DNA of 64,000 bases from an uncultured SAR86 cluster bacterium (GCA_902610995.1 CACLXU010000003.1:1598-65597), one strand, 5' to 3'. Positions 9,617-19,771 are shown, counted from the stretch's first letter. A program made the numbers and translations. Notes: generated by a model not told the origin, from the sequence alone.

Positions 9617-10585
9617 TTATAGTCCGGCGTTATTTAATTCTAATGCTCTCTCTGCTCTATAACTAGACCTTACCATAGGTCCAGATACCACTTCAAGAAA
9701 GCCATATTCTAAACCCTTCTCTCTATACATTTCAAATTCCTCTGGTGTTACCCACCTATCTATTGGATGGTGATTTAATGTTGGCCTTAGGTACTGGCCC
9801 AATGTAACAATATCTACGTTGTGGTTTCTAAGGTCTTCAAAAGTTTTATATATTTCTCTATCATTCTCCCCTAAGCCAACAATGATGCTTGATTTTGTAA
9901 TAATTTGCTTGTTGATTTCCTTGGCATGCTTCAGAACTTCCATAGTTTTCAGATAACCTGCTCTGGGATCTCTTATGGGATGAGTAAGCCTTTCAACTGT
10001 TTCGATATTTTGAGCAAATACTTTAATTGGTGAATTTACAATTGTTCTTATAGCGCTTTGATCTCCATTAAAATCAGAAGTTAGCACTTCAACTTCTATG
10101 TTTTTGTCAACCGATTTGATAGCTTTAACTGTTTCTGCAAAATGCTGTGCTCCTCCATCAGATAAGTCATCTCTGGTAACACATGTTAGAACAACGTACC
10201 TTATGCCCATTTCTTGAACTGTTTTTGCAATTTTTTCCGGTTCATCTTTATCAAGCCAACCTTTCGGATTTCCAGTATTGACAGAACAAAATTGGCAAGC
10301 TCTTGTGCATGTATCTCCCATAACCATAAATGTTGCAGTTCCCCTGCTCCAACATTCAGAAAGATTTGGGCACTTGGCTTCCTCACAAACAGTACTTAGC
10401 TTTAAATTTTTTGTCCTCTCTTTAATTAATTCAAAACTTTTATTATTTTGATTTGCAGATATTCTTATCCACTTTGGTTTCTTCTCGCGAATTATCTCTG
10501 AATAAGCATTAGACTTCATGCCATCTTTGATAGAGCTCACTCCGGCATGATTTACTATTTTTACTGTTTGAATAATGTCTTTCAT
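9617..10585 (-). CDS. lipA: Lipoyl synthase
   Basis: CEEAKCPNLSEC, CTRACQFC and RSSY motifs. Confidence 0.97.
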   Translation of the reverse strand: MKDIIQTVKIVNHAGVSSIKDGMKSNAYSEIIREKKPKWIRISANQNNKSFELIKERTKNLKLSTVCEEAKCPNLSECWSRGTATFMVMGDTCTRACQFCSVNTGNPKGWLDKDEPEKIAKTVQEMGIRYVVLTCVTRDDLSDGGAQHFAETVKAIKSVDKNIEVEVLTSDFNGDQSAIRTIVNSPIKVFAQNIETVERLTHPIRDPRAGYLKTMEVLKHAKEINKQIITKSSIIVGLGENDREIYKTFEDLRNHNVDIVTLGQYLRPTLNHHPIDRWVTPEEFEMYREKGLEYGFLEVVSGPMVRSSYRAERALELNNAGL

Positions 10586-11181
10586 TTATTTTTAAGCATG
10601 TTTTGGTACGTTTCTTTAAGTACGCTTACTAGCCTACTCTGTTCTATATCTATATATTTACTCAAATTACAAGCCTTTACGTCAAGCCCACAAGGATTAA
10701 TACTATTAAATTCTTTTAGATTTACATCGTGATTTAGACTTAGCCCATGATAAGAATAATTGCTCTTAATTCTCATTCCAATCGAGGCTAACTTTTCACC
10801 ATTCACATAAAGTCCTGGGTCAGACTCACTAATGTTGTTTTTTACACCAAGATCTTCAATAGCAACTGAGGTTGAAGCTAATATCTTTTTTGTTAATTCA
10901 GAGGGCTTAAAAGGAGTCTGCTTTAAATTCAACATAAAGTAAAAGACAATTTGCCCAATGCCATGATAAGTAATTTTGCCGCCCCTATCTGTTTTGTAGA
11001 TAGGTGGATCAGAATTGGGGTCCTCTTTTATTTCCTTTTCGCTTATACCTACAGTAAATACAGAGGGATGCTCTAGATACCAAATTTCATGTCCCTCAGG
11101 ACTTGTCTTTATCAGAGACAACATCTCATTCAAACAATCTCTATAATCAATAACCCCTTTATCTATAAATTTTAATTTCAT
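10582..11181 (-). CDS. lipB: Octanoyltransferase
   Basis: EHPSVFT.G, DRGGKITYHG and INPCG motifs; start taken at the ATG overlapping the uvrD stop. Confidence 0.95.
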   Translation of the reverse strand: MKLKFIDKGVIDYRDCLNEMLSLIKTSPEGHEIWYLEHPSVFTVGISEKEIKEDPNSDPPIYKTDRGGKITYHGIGQIVFYFMLNLKQTPFKPSELTKKILASTSVAIEDLGVKNNISESDPGLYVNGEKLASIGMRIKSNYSYHGLSLNHDVNLKEFNSINPCGLDVKACNLSKYIDIEQSRLVSVLKETYQNMLKNK

Positions 11182-13352
11182 TAAATTTTTTCCAGCTGAG
11201 CGTATCCCACTACTAGCCATTTTGTACCGGCTTCACCAAAATTTATTTGCAACCTGCTAGCTTCTCCACTTCCCTCCATATTTAAAATGATGCCCTCTCC
11301 AAATGTTTTATGTTTTACAGCATCGCCAAGGTTAAGTTCGCTCTCAGAAACTTCTGCAGCATTAGAGCTTACAGTTGCGTAATAACTTGTAGTATAAGAC
11401 TGTTTTGGCCTAACAAATTCAATATGCTCATTTGGGATTTCATTGATAAACCTTGAAGGAGGATTATAAGAATCCTGTCCATATAGCCTCCTAAATTCCG
11501 TATAAGTTAAATATAATTTTGACCTTGCTCTCGTAATTCCAACATAACACAGCCTTCTTTCTTCCTCTAATTCAGAAATATTTTCTGAAGATCTCGAATG
11601 AGGAAAAAGTGATTCCTCCATACCTACCATAAAAACATATTTGAACTCTAAGCCTTTTGCAGAGTGTAGTGTCATTAATTGAACTGCGTCATCATTCACA
11701 TTAGCTTGAGTTTCTCCCATGTCTAACGACACAGAGCTCAAAAAAGCCCCAAGCACAGAACCAAAGTCTGATAAGTCTTCATTTTTATTTGCTAAATCAA
11801 AAGATTTTACAGCTGATATGAGTTCGTTAATATTTTCTATTCTAATTTTTCCTTTTTCACCTCGTTCTTTAAGGTGGTGTTCAATAAGTCCGCTTTGATT
11901 AATTATCATTTCAACAAATTCATCAGCTGGAAGTTCATGAATTTGTTTAGCTGCATTCTCAATAAATTCTAGAAAAAAACGAATTGAATTTGCGGCTTTA
12001 CCTTTGATGATTTCTTGTGCTGTTAATTTTTTAGCTGCTTTAAATAGAGAGACATTTTCAGTTGCCGCCCATTCTCTTATTAAAGCTAATGTTTTTTCAC
12101 CAACACCCCTTGTTGGCGCACCAATTGCTCTCTCAAAAGCTGTATTATCCGCTTGATTGATACAAAGCCTCAAATAGCTGATTACATTTTTTATCTCAAG
12201 TCTTTCATAGAACCTTACTCCACCATAGATGACATAAGGAATAGTTTGTCTCAATAGAAATTCTTCTATAACCCGTGACTGCGCATTAGATCTATATAAA
12301 ACTGCTATATCCTTATATTGATCTCCACCTTGAGTAATTTGGTGAACATTTTCAGCAACAAAATTTGCTTCTTCTTGTTCGCTATATGCCTCATATACAT
12401 CAATTGGATCTCCTTTCGCCCCATCCGTCCAAAGCTTCTTGCCAAGTCTCTGCGAGTTTTTCCCAATTACTGCATTTGCAGCATTTAAGATATTTTCTGT
12501 TGATCTGTAGTTTTGCTCTAGTCTTACTATTTCTGTGTTCTTCCCTTTAGAGAATTCATTAATGTTTTCTACTTTAGCGCCCCTCCAACCATAGATTGAC
12601 TGATCATCATCACCTACCGCTACTACAGAAGTATTTTCACCCGTTAAGTTATTAATCCATTTAAACTGAATTGAGTTTGTATCTTGAAACTCATCAACAA
12701 GTATGTGTGTAAATTTTTTTCTGTAAAGATTCCTTAAATCTTCATTATCTCTAATTAATTCGTAGGATTTTAAAATAAGCTCAGCAAAATCAACTAGATT
12801 CTCCTTCTGTAAATAATCTTCATATTCGGTGTATATTTTTCTAAGAACCTCAACATTGAAATCTCCATTATCGTCAATATCCTTTGGTCTGAGACCTTCA
12901 TCTTTCCAAGAATTGATTTGCCATCTCACTTTTTCAGCAGGCCACTGATCATCATCTATATCGAGGAACTTTAAAACCCTTTTAATGACTCTTAGTTGGT
13001 CGTCACTATCTAATATAGAAAATTCTCTATCAAGCCCTGCTTCTTTATGATGTCTTCGCAAAATTTTATTTGAAATTGAATGAAAGGTTCCACACCACAA
13101 CTCTGGTATTGGTTGATCTAGAATATTTTCTATTCTTCCAGTCATTTCATTTGCCGCTTTATTGGTAAATGTAACTGCAAGTACACTATGAGTTGAATTA
13201 TTGAGTGCTTTAATAAGCCACGCAATTCTGTGAACTAAGACTTTTGTTTTACCAGAACCTGCACCTGCAAGAACCAACAAATTTTTTGATTCAGATGTTA
13301 CCGCAGAACGCTGAGCTTCATTTAGATCGTCTAAAATAAAAGATACATCCAT
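11181..13352 (-). CDS. uvrD: DNA helicase II
   Basis: AGAGSGKT, DEFQD and EEERRL motifs and a C-terminal Tudor-like domain. Confidence 0.95.
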   Translation of the reverse strand: MDVSFILDDLNEAQRSAVTSESKNLLVLAGAGSGKTKVLVHRIAWLIKALNNSTHSVLAVTFTNKAANEMTGRIENILDQPIPELWCGTFHSISNKILRRHHKEAGLDREFSILDSDDQLRVIKRVLKFLDIDDDQWPAEKVRWQINSWKDEGLRPKDIDDNGDFNVEVLRKIYTEYEDYLQKENLVDFAELILKSYELIRDNEDLRNLYRKKFTHILVDEFQDTNSIQFKWINNLTGENTSVVAVGDDDQSIYGWRGAKVENINEFSKGKNTEIVRLEQNYRSTENILNAANAVIGKNSQRLGKKLWTDGAKGDPIDVYEAYSEQEEANFVAENVHQITQGGDQYKDIAVLYRSNAQSRVIEEFLLRQTIPYVIYGGVRFYERLEIKNVISYLRLCINQADNTAFERAIGAPTRGVGEKTLALIREWAATENVSLFKAAKKLTAQEIIKGKAANSIRFFLEFIENAAKQIHELPADEFVEMIINQSGLIEHHLKERGEKGKIRIENINELISAVKSFDLANKNEDLSDFGSVLGAFLSSVSLDMGETQANVNDDAVQLMTLHSAKGLEFKYVFMVGMEESLFPHSRSSENISELEEERRLCYVGITRARSKLYLTYTEFRRLYGQDSYNPPSRFINEIPNEHIEFVRPKQSYTTSYYATVSSNAAEVSESELNLGDAVKHKTFGEGIILNMEGSGEASRLQINFGEAGTKWLVVGYAQLEKI

Positions 13353-13355
13353 TAT

Positions 13356-14141
13356 TTAGACGAATTTATTTTCTCTAAACCATAAATTAAAAGCGTATTT
13401 TTCGCCTTTGGTAACTGGTCGCCCTGCATGCAATGAGGCAGGATGAACTTTTGTTGTGCCTGGTAGGATATTCTTCCAAACCAACAAGCTCCCCTTTTTA
13501 GGTGGGATAGATATATTTAGATCTCTAAATTCTGTTGCTCCTCCCTCCTCAACATCATTCAAATAACCTAGAGCCGTATATATTCTTTGGCCCCCTCTTG
13601 TAAGGTGCTTTCTTCCCTCTTCAGTTTCGTGATCAAAAGCATCATGATGATCGTTATATTCAGTTCCACCTGTGTAGTAAACAACTTGATATGATTCTGC
13701 ATTTCGAAGAGGAAAGCCAATAAGCTCAGCGACTCTATCGCCGATAGCTTTTGATGTCTCTGAGTGTGCATGTGGTATCCAGCAATTCATACCGGTTCGT
13801 TTTTCATGATAGATCCCATCCTTGCCACCAATAGTTTTTGCTCTCTCAAGCTTATCTTTAGACTGATTTACAAAATGATCACATTCCTCTTCAGAAATAA
13901 AGTTCTCAATAACATAAACCAGAGGGTCCTCGTTATAAATAATCTTGTCTCCATCAACTCTTATAGGTTTCTTTGGCTCAGCTTGGGTTTGTTTGGGTGG
14001 TGACTTTGTTTTTATAGTAGGTTTTTTATTTGCAAGGCCTGCATTTACACCAATTATATAAATAGCTCTCAGTGCAAGCCCCAAGGCTAGCAGAGAAAAT
14101 ATCAATGCAATAATTGCAATTACAAAACCAGCGACATCCAT
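13356..14141 (-). CDS. Membrane-anchored prolyl 4-hydroxylase-like 2OG-Fe(II) oxygenase
   Basis: N-terminal TM segment; HHD, YLNDVEEGGAT.F and LHAG.PV..GEK motifs. Confidence 0.85.
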   Translation of the reverse strand: MDVAGFVIAIIALIFSLLALGLALRAIYIIGVNAGLANKKPTIKTKSPPKQTQAEPKKPIRVDGDKIIYNEDPLVYVIENFISEEECDHFVNQSKDKLERAKTIGGKDGIYHEKRTGMNCWIPHAHSETSKAIGDRVAELIGFPLRNAESYQVVYYTGGTEYNDHHDAFDHETEEGRKHLTRGGQRIYTALGYLNDVEEGGATEFRDLNISIPPKKGSLLVWKNILPGTTKVHPASLHAGRPVTKGEKYAFNLWFRENKFV

Positions 14142-14224
14142 GGAAGTAATTATACTTTAATACATGCATAGTTTTAATCCTTCTAAAGCTTTGATAATGA
14201 AATTCTAATCATTACAATCAATTT

Positions 14225-14953
14225 ATGAGCTTTAAGAATCTTGGTCTATTGATGTTAATAGCCCTTAGTCTATCTTTGCATTCAAAAGAGGGAAGGCTAG
14301 GAAAAGAGCCTAACAATTATTCTTATGCAAATCTTGGTATAGCATTCTCGTATTCCGAAGGAGATAATCTTGGTCTCTATGCTAGTATTCCTCTCCCAGG
14401 GCCGCTCTATGTAACAGTCTCAAGAACTGCATATGATACGAATGTCAGGCGCCTTGATAATGAAGAGGCAAGTTTTGAGAAATCGGTAACTGATGCAAGG
14501 CTTGGTGCTCACATTGGGATAGGAGACTTGTTAAATTCAATATCGGTTGGTTCTGTTTCTTTAAATTTTGATAATTTTGTTGATATCTATATTGAAGGAG
14601 GTATGAGGAGTTTTTCTTTTGATACCAAATTTGATAATGACAAATCTTTTGGAAATGTTGTGCTTGGGACCAGGTATGGTGATGCAAATCATTGGGAAGG
14701 GAAATTATACTTAGATTTTTCAAAAGAAGTTCTAGATAGTGATGCCTATGTTGATTACTTTTGCACTGGAAACCAACCGGATGAATTTTGTTTAAATGAA
14801 GATCTGGCTGTAAGGTTCTCTGATCATATGGATATTAAGCTCGGCATGGATGTTGCTTATAATGTAAATAATTTTTTTGGGATCGTCTTAAATTTTAAAA
14901 CTTCTGAATATCAAGACTCTGAACTTGGGCTTAGTTTTCAGCTGCAGCTTTAA
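14225..14953 (+). CDS. Exported hypothetical protein, probable outer-membrane beta-barrel
   Basis: Signal peptide, Gly/aromatic-rich amphipathic strands and an alternating C-terminus LGLSFQLQL. Confidence 0.55.
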   Translation: MSFKNLGLLMLIALSLSLHSKEGRLGKEPNNYSYANLGIAFSYSEGDNLGLYASIPLPGPLYVTVSRTAYDTNVRRLDNEEASFEKSVTDARLGAHIGIGDLLNSISVGSVSLNFDNFVDIYIEGGMRSFSFDTKFDNDKSFGNVVLGTRYGDANHWEGKLYLDFSKEVLDSDAYVDYFCTGNQPDEFCLNEDLAVRFSDHMDIKLGMDVAYNVNNFFGIVLNFKTSEYQDSELGLSFQLQL

Positions 14954-15924
14954 TAGTTCTTCAATTTTTCTGAAAAGCTTTCTTTTGCTTCATCAAATTC
15001 ACTCTTCATTTGCTGCACTAGTTCTGCAACTGACGGTGAGTTCTTGATTGAACTGATACCCTGACCAGAACCATATATATCTTTCCATACTTTCTTTGAT
15101 GCGTTTCCGCCAGAGTTGAAATTCATCTTTGTTTTATCTGCTTCTGGTAAATTTTCTGGATCCATGCCAGCTCTTGCAACTGAAGGAGATAAATAATTGC
15201 CTTTGACTCCACTGAAATAGTTTGTATAAACCACGTCCTTGGCCGCACTCTCGATTAACATATTTTTATAATCATCGTCAGCTTCTGATTCCTTAGTTGC
15301 AATAAATCGGGTACCGATATAAGCAAGATCAGCACCCATCGCCAATGCACTGGCAACTGAGAAGCCATCTGATATTGCCCCGGCAAGAAGAATGGTGCCA
15401 TCATACCACTCCCGTGTTTCTCTTAATAAAGCAAAAGGAGAAAGTGCTCCAGCATGACCCCCCGCACCTGCACACACTAAAATTAGACCATCTACACCCT
15501 CTGAAACCGCTTTTTGTGCATGTCTTGTATTAATTACATCGTGGTATACAAGGCCGCCATAAGAATGAATTGCTTTTACCAGATCTGCTGGTGGTCTTAA
15601 AGATGTGATTATAATTGGTACTTCGTGTTTGACGCAGGTTTCTACATCAGCGAACAATCTGTCGTTTGATAAGTGGCAAATCTGGTTTACGGCAAAGGGT
15701 GCAACTTTTTTCTCAGGATTTTTGTCTTTAAATTCGCCCAACTCATCTTTTATTTCTTTAATCCAATCGGAAAGCAGCTCCTGAGGTCGTGCATTTAAAG
15801 CAGGGAAAGATCCAACTACCCCTGCTTTGCATTGAGCTATAACCAAACCTGGTCGAGAGATAATAAACAAAGGTGAACCTATAACAGGAATGGACAAATT
15901 GTTCTTTAAGATTTCTGGCAACAT
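14950..15924 (-). CDS. Nitronate monooxygenase (2-nitropropane dioxygenase-like) family FMN enzyme
   Basis: GAGGHAG, AGAISDG and YIGTRFIAT.E motifs. Confidence 0.9.
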   Translation of the reverse strand: MLPEILKNNLSIPVIGSPLFIISRPGLVIAQCKAGVVGSFPALNARPQELLSDWIKEIKDELGEFKDKNPEKKVAPFAVNQICHLSNDRLFADVETCVKHEVPIIITSLRPPADLVKAIHSYGGLVYHDVINTRHAQKAVSEGVDGLILVCAGAGGHAGALSPFALLRETREWYDGTILLAGAISDGFSVASALAMGADLAYIGTRFIATKESEADDDYKNMLIESAAKDVVYTNYFSGVKGNYLSPSVARAGMDPENLPEADKTKMNFNSGGNASKKVWKDIYGSGQGISSIKNSPSVAELVQQMKSEFDEAKESFSEKLKNY

Positions 15925-15976
15925 TTGTATGAATAAAAGTAATTTTAGATTCTAACACCAAACATAAAAAATAAAA

Positions 15977-16684
15977 TTATCTTTTGGAAATTTCATCGGC
16001 TACCCAACTAATTGACCAATTGTGCCCCAACTTATTTTCTTTATATCTCTCTGGGAGTCTTGTTGCAATACTACCTTTAATATCGACAACCTGTGGATCA
16101 AAAGGCAGTGCCAAAAATACTCCATCTAATCTTTTGATCGTTCTCCATTCGTATAATTCTATATTTTCTTGGATTGCTTTAGGTGGCTGATACTCACAAA
16201 TCTTATTTGTAGGGGCTATTCCAGCAAGAGGCGATGCAATAATATGAGCCACAATAGGGACTTTGGTGTTTACACTTTCTAAGACTTTACCCAACAAAAC
16301 TCCTCCCAGACTATGTCCCAATATTGTGATAGTTTCATAACTTTGGCCATGTGTTTCTAGAAAATTTATTAAAAATTCCGTATCCTCGGCTAAACAATTT
16401 AGAACAAGTGGGCTCCATTTAAAGTAAGTCACTAGATTTGAGGGGCTGTCTAAAGTAGATAGAGGGTAGACCCATTCATAACCAAGTGATCCTCCACCAT
16501 GAATGCCCAGAAGTAAGTGCCTTTGCATATCATCTTCTGGTTCTAAAAAATGTATTCCATTATCCAGACCAGATAATAATAGACCTGCCTCAAATACATT
16601 TTCCTTTTCTTTAAGATCTTTAAGGGTAGCTGACTCAAGGTGGAAAGTTACCAACAAGAATAAAATGAAGGCCTTTAATTTCAT
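15977..16684 (-). CDS. Exported alpha/beta-hydrolase
   Basis: Signal peptide, IHG oxyanion motif, GHSLG nucleophile elbow and a C-terminal GH. Confidence 0.75.
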   Translation of the reverse strand: MKLKAFILFLLVTFHLESATLKDLKEKENVFEAGLLLSGLDNGIHFLEPEDDMQRHLLLGIHGGGSLGYEWVYPLSTLDSPSNLVTYFKWSPLVLNCLAEDTEFLINFLETHGQSYETITILGHSLGGVLLGKVLESVNTKVPIVAHIIASPLAGIAPTNKICEYQPPKAIQENIELYEWRTIKRLDGVFLALPFDPQVVDIKGSIATRLPERYKENKLGHNWSISWVADEISKR

Positions 16685-16992
16685 TACTTTAGCTTCTTCA
16701 AAAGCCACAGGCCAAACCATGTACTTATAGCGAGCTTAAGTGAAGCCATAATGATTAACGGAAATTGGTACCAAAAATCTAAGTACGCTTTCCAGATTTC
16801 AGATCCCCAAAATAGTGAGTATGCAAAATCATGTAGTATCAAAAGGTTTTCATATAGAAATTCTTTGCTAGAAAGTCCAAGAAATGTGTAATCTGAGGTA
16901 GAAATAATCCAAAGACCCCACAAAATAATAGCGACTTGGATGGGTGAGGAATAAACCATCAAATAAGCAAAACCAATTCCGACACCTCTCAT
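16684..16992 (-). CDS. Hypothetical membrane protein
   Basis: Hydrophobic ORF; the ATG at 16992 is preceded by TATAAT and its stop is coupled to the next ATG. Confidence 0.6.
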   Translation of the reverse strand: MRGVGIGFAYLMVYSSPIQVAIILWGLWIISTSDYTFLGLSSKEFLYENLLILHDFAYSLFWGSEIWKAYLDFWYQFPLIIMASLKLAISTWFGLWLLKKLK

Positions 16993-16999
16993 GCTTAGA

Positions 17000-17362
17000 T
17001 TATACCCAATCTTTATTGCTTGCTGTGAGATCAGATGGATTGTCCCCAGTATTAACAATGCCACTTTTTTCAACAAGCATAATTTTTGTAAGGTCTTTGG
17101 CGTACGGACGGTGTTTTACCCCTTTTGGCACCACTATCATTTCTCCAGCATTTAACTCTGCAGTCTCTTCTTCAAACTCTATGAATAACCTTCCCTCCAT
17201 AACTATAAATACTTCGTCGGTTTCATCATGTTTGTGCCACACGAAATCATCTTTTACTTTAACAAGCTTGAATTCATAATCATTCATTACAGAAATAATT
17301 TTTGGTGACCAAAGGTCGTCAAATTTACCAAACTTTTCTTTTATGTTAATTACTTTTTTCAA
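17000..17362 (-). CDS. Cupin domain protein
   Basis: WSPK and FVWHKHDETDE.F...G..H.P cupin motifs. Confidence 0.9.
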   Translation of the reverse strand: MKKVINIKEKFGKFDDLWSPKIISVMNDYEFKLVKVKDDFVWHKHDETDEVFIVMEGRLFIEFEEETAELNAGEMIVVPKGVKHRPYAKDLTKIMLVEKSGIVNTGDNPSDLTASNKDWV

Positions 17363-18198
17363 ATTTTTACTTTTGTTTGTGGGGTTCCAAAAAATATTTT
17401 AATCTTCTCTGAAACTTTTTCCTTTTCTTTTATTTCTCTTAACATTGCTTGCCAGTCCATCAAGGTAATTTTAATAGGGTTAAAAGTATTTACGTTGTTT
17501 ACTAGTCCATACGTTACTTTGGCTTTTTCTGGCTCAAAGGTTCCAAACAGCCTATCCCAGATTATTAGTAAATTTCCATAATTCTTATCAATATATTCAG
17601 GGTTTGACCCGTGATGCACTCGGTGGTGAGAGGGTGTATTTAAAATCCATTCCAATGGTCCGAGTTTTCCAACCATTTGTGTGTGACCGACAACTCCCCA
17701 AAGCGTACTAATTACTCCAGCCACTGCAATTACTGTTGGGTCAAAGCCAATCAATGGAAGAATAGCAAAGAATGGTATTTTAGACACTGGCCCTAACCAA
17801 GCTTGCCTAAGTGAGACTCCAAAATTCATTTCTTCACTTGAATGATGGCTCATATGAATAGCCCATAAGAATCTAATTTTATGGGAGCACCGATGATAAA
17901 TATAAAATACAAAATCAATTAAAACAAAGGTCAAAACCCATAAAAGCCAAACTGGAATGCTGTTGGAAATATCGAAGACTCTAAACTGATAAAGATAAAA
18001 ATGTAGCGCCAATGTTGCCCCTTTGATTGTAAGACTCATAAGGATATTTCCCACCACCAATCCACTTGTGCAAAGGGTATCTTTGTTTTTGTAATACTTT
18101 TTATTTTGGTATTGAGATACTGTTGCTTCTGCCATCATGAGCATAAATATAATAGGGAGACCAATTATATAAACATCTGTAACAGTAAGATTTGTCAT
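17359..18198 (-). CDS. Fatty-acid hydroxylase/sterol desaturase family, alkylglycerol monooxygenase-like
   Basis: His boxes YHRCSH, HMSHHSSEE and SHHRVHH, plus NYG..LIIWDRLFGTF. Confidence 0.88.
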   Translation of the reverse strand: MTNLTVTDVYIIGLPIIFMLMMAEATVSQYQNKKYYKNKDTLCTSGLVVGNILMSLTIKGATLALHFYLYQFRVFDISNSIPVWLLWVLTFVLIDFVFYIYHRCSHKIRFLWAIHMSHHSSEEMNFGVSLRQAWLGPVSKIPFFAILPLIGFDPTVIAVAGVISTLWGVVGHTQMVGKLGPLEWILNTPSHHRVHHGSNPEYIDKNYGNLLIIWDRLFGTFEPEKAKVTYGLVNNVNTFNPIKITLMDWQAMLREIKEKEKVSEKIKIFFGTPQTKVKI

Positions 18199-18246
18199 GT
18201 AGCAATTTTGACAAAATATTGTTCCTTTGTGTAGTAACATTGCCTA

Positions 18247-18846
18247 ATGAGTCCAGAAGAGCTCAGGATAATTATTATCGTTTACGCAAGTGCGATCATC
18301 CCACTGATCTTGCTCTGTGCTTTATGGACAAAAATTCCTAAATGGATCTTAAAGCTCTATGTAATATTTTTTTTAGTCTGTGCCTTCGGATGGGAGGTTT
18401 GGTTTAATTATGGTTTATTTAATGGAGATTCTGTAAATTTGAGAAGATCTGATGTGCTGAATCAATGGTTGCCTCAGAGTATAAACTGGATTCTAAATTC
18501 TATGGCAGATGCCGGAACTATAAGTCTTGGAGGTCTGTATTTAGTTTGGGTGGCTTCTAAAAAGAATCCCAATGTATTCAAAAAATGGTCGTGGGGCTCC
18601 TTCATAATTTTACTAATCTGGTGTGTCGGTCAAAATTTATTTGTTGAGATGTTTCTTTATCATGATCAACTTTCTATTGGGAAAAAATTATCATGGGCAC
18701 CCCTGTCCCCCTTAGGTGATTTCTATAATCCAATGTTGTTTGAATTTAAAAGCAGAACCGTAATGCTCCAAACGCAACTTCCATGGTTGTTCACATCATT
18801 AATAATCTATTATTTTTCTATAAAAATTAATAAGAAGTCAGGCTAG
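18247..18846 (+). CDS. Hypothetical integral membrane protein
   Basis: About 5 TM segments, Trp-rich; divergent from the AGMO-like gene. Confidence 0.7.
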   Translation: MSPEELRIIIIVYASAIIPLILLCALWTKIPKWILKLYVIFFLVCAFGWEVWFNYGLFNGDSVNLRRSDVLNQWLPQSINWILNSMADAGTISLGGLYLVWVASKKNPNVFKKWSWGSFIILLIWCVGQNLFVEMFLYHDQLSIGKKLSWAPLSPLGDFYNPMLFEFKSRTVMLQTQLPWLFTSLIIYYFSIKINKKSG

Positions 18847-19721
18847 TAATAAAATCTTCTCCAAAGATTTAACCCAAAGATTAGTGACAAAAACCACATA
18901 ATAAGCTCTATGTAATTTGGGTTTGAATTGTAGCCAAAAAAACCTTTCAGAAATACACCCACACTTCCACTGTCATGCAGTAAATGTGTATATACATTTT
19001 TAGACTCGTCATAAGAATAAAAGAATTTATTTTCTCCATCAGATAGTTCTAACTTTGGTTGAAGGATATCCCAAGGGCGTGAGATCGTTTCTTTTTCTAA
19101 TTGATCTGACTTAACTAAATATGATTCAACCTCATGTGTTCCATAAGCAACCATACCTGAAGCTAAAAAGACAAGCAGCAATGTTGTTCCTTGGAAAAAC
19201 TTCTTTAAGTTTATTCTTCTGCCCTGAACCACTACCAAATAACCCAGCAAGATTGCCAAAACTGCCCCAAGAAAAAAGCCGACATAAGAGAATGATTCAG
19301 TTATTGAGAAACTTGTTATAAGAAAGACTACTGTTTCAAAACCCTCTCTGAGGATTGCAAAAAATATAACAAAAAATACTCCCCAAGAGGATATTTTTGC
19401 TGCAGTCATTGCTTTCCCCTCCAGCTCCTTTCTATCACTGACATGCTTTGAGAGCCAAAAAACGACATACCAAATTAAGCCAGCTGTGATATACATAAAT
19501 ATTGCTTCAAAAAGTGCCATTGATGAGTTATTGCCTAAAAGGTCTTTTAACGAAACAACGATATAAGCAACTATAAGACTGGCAATAATTGAGGCAGCCA
19601 CACCATACCAGAGCTTTTGAATCGCATCAGTAAAGTTTGACTTAGATAAAATTGTATAAATAATGCCAACGATAAGTGAGGCTTCAAGAACTTCACGAAA
19701 AACAATAATGAACTCATTCAT
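18843..19721 (-). CDS. FTR1/EfeU family iron permease
   Basis: Two RExxE motifs (REVLE, REGFE), multiple TM segments and an upstream Fur box. Confidence 0.92.
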   Translation of the reverse strand: MNEFIIVFREVLEASLIVGIIYTILSKSNFTDAIQKLWYGVAASIIASLIVAYIVVSLKDLLGNNSSMALFEAIFMYITAGLIWYVVFWLSKHVSDRKELEGKAMTAAKISSWGVFFVIFFAILREGFETVVFLITSFSITESFSYVGFFLGAVLAILLGYLVVVQGRRINLKKFFQGTTLLLVFLASGMVAYGTHEVESYLVKSDQLEKETISRPWDILQPKLELSDGENKFFYSYDESKNVYTHLLHDSGSVGVFLKGFFGYNSNPNYIELIMWFLSLIFGLNLWRRFYY

Positions 19722-19733
19722 ATGGCAATATTG

Positions 19734-19754
19734 TAATGAGAATGATTCTCATTA
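19734..19754. promoter_or_regulatory. Fur box
   Basis: Perfect 10-1-10 palindrome TAATGAGAAT-G-ATTCTCATTA overlapping the -10 element (TACAAT, minus strand 19730-19735) of the FTR1 gene. Confidence 0.88.
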
Positions 19755-19771
19755 ACAACATAAATTGAAAA

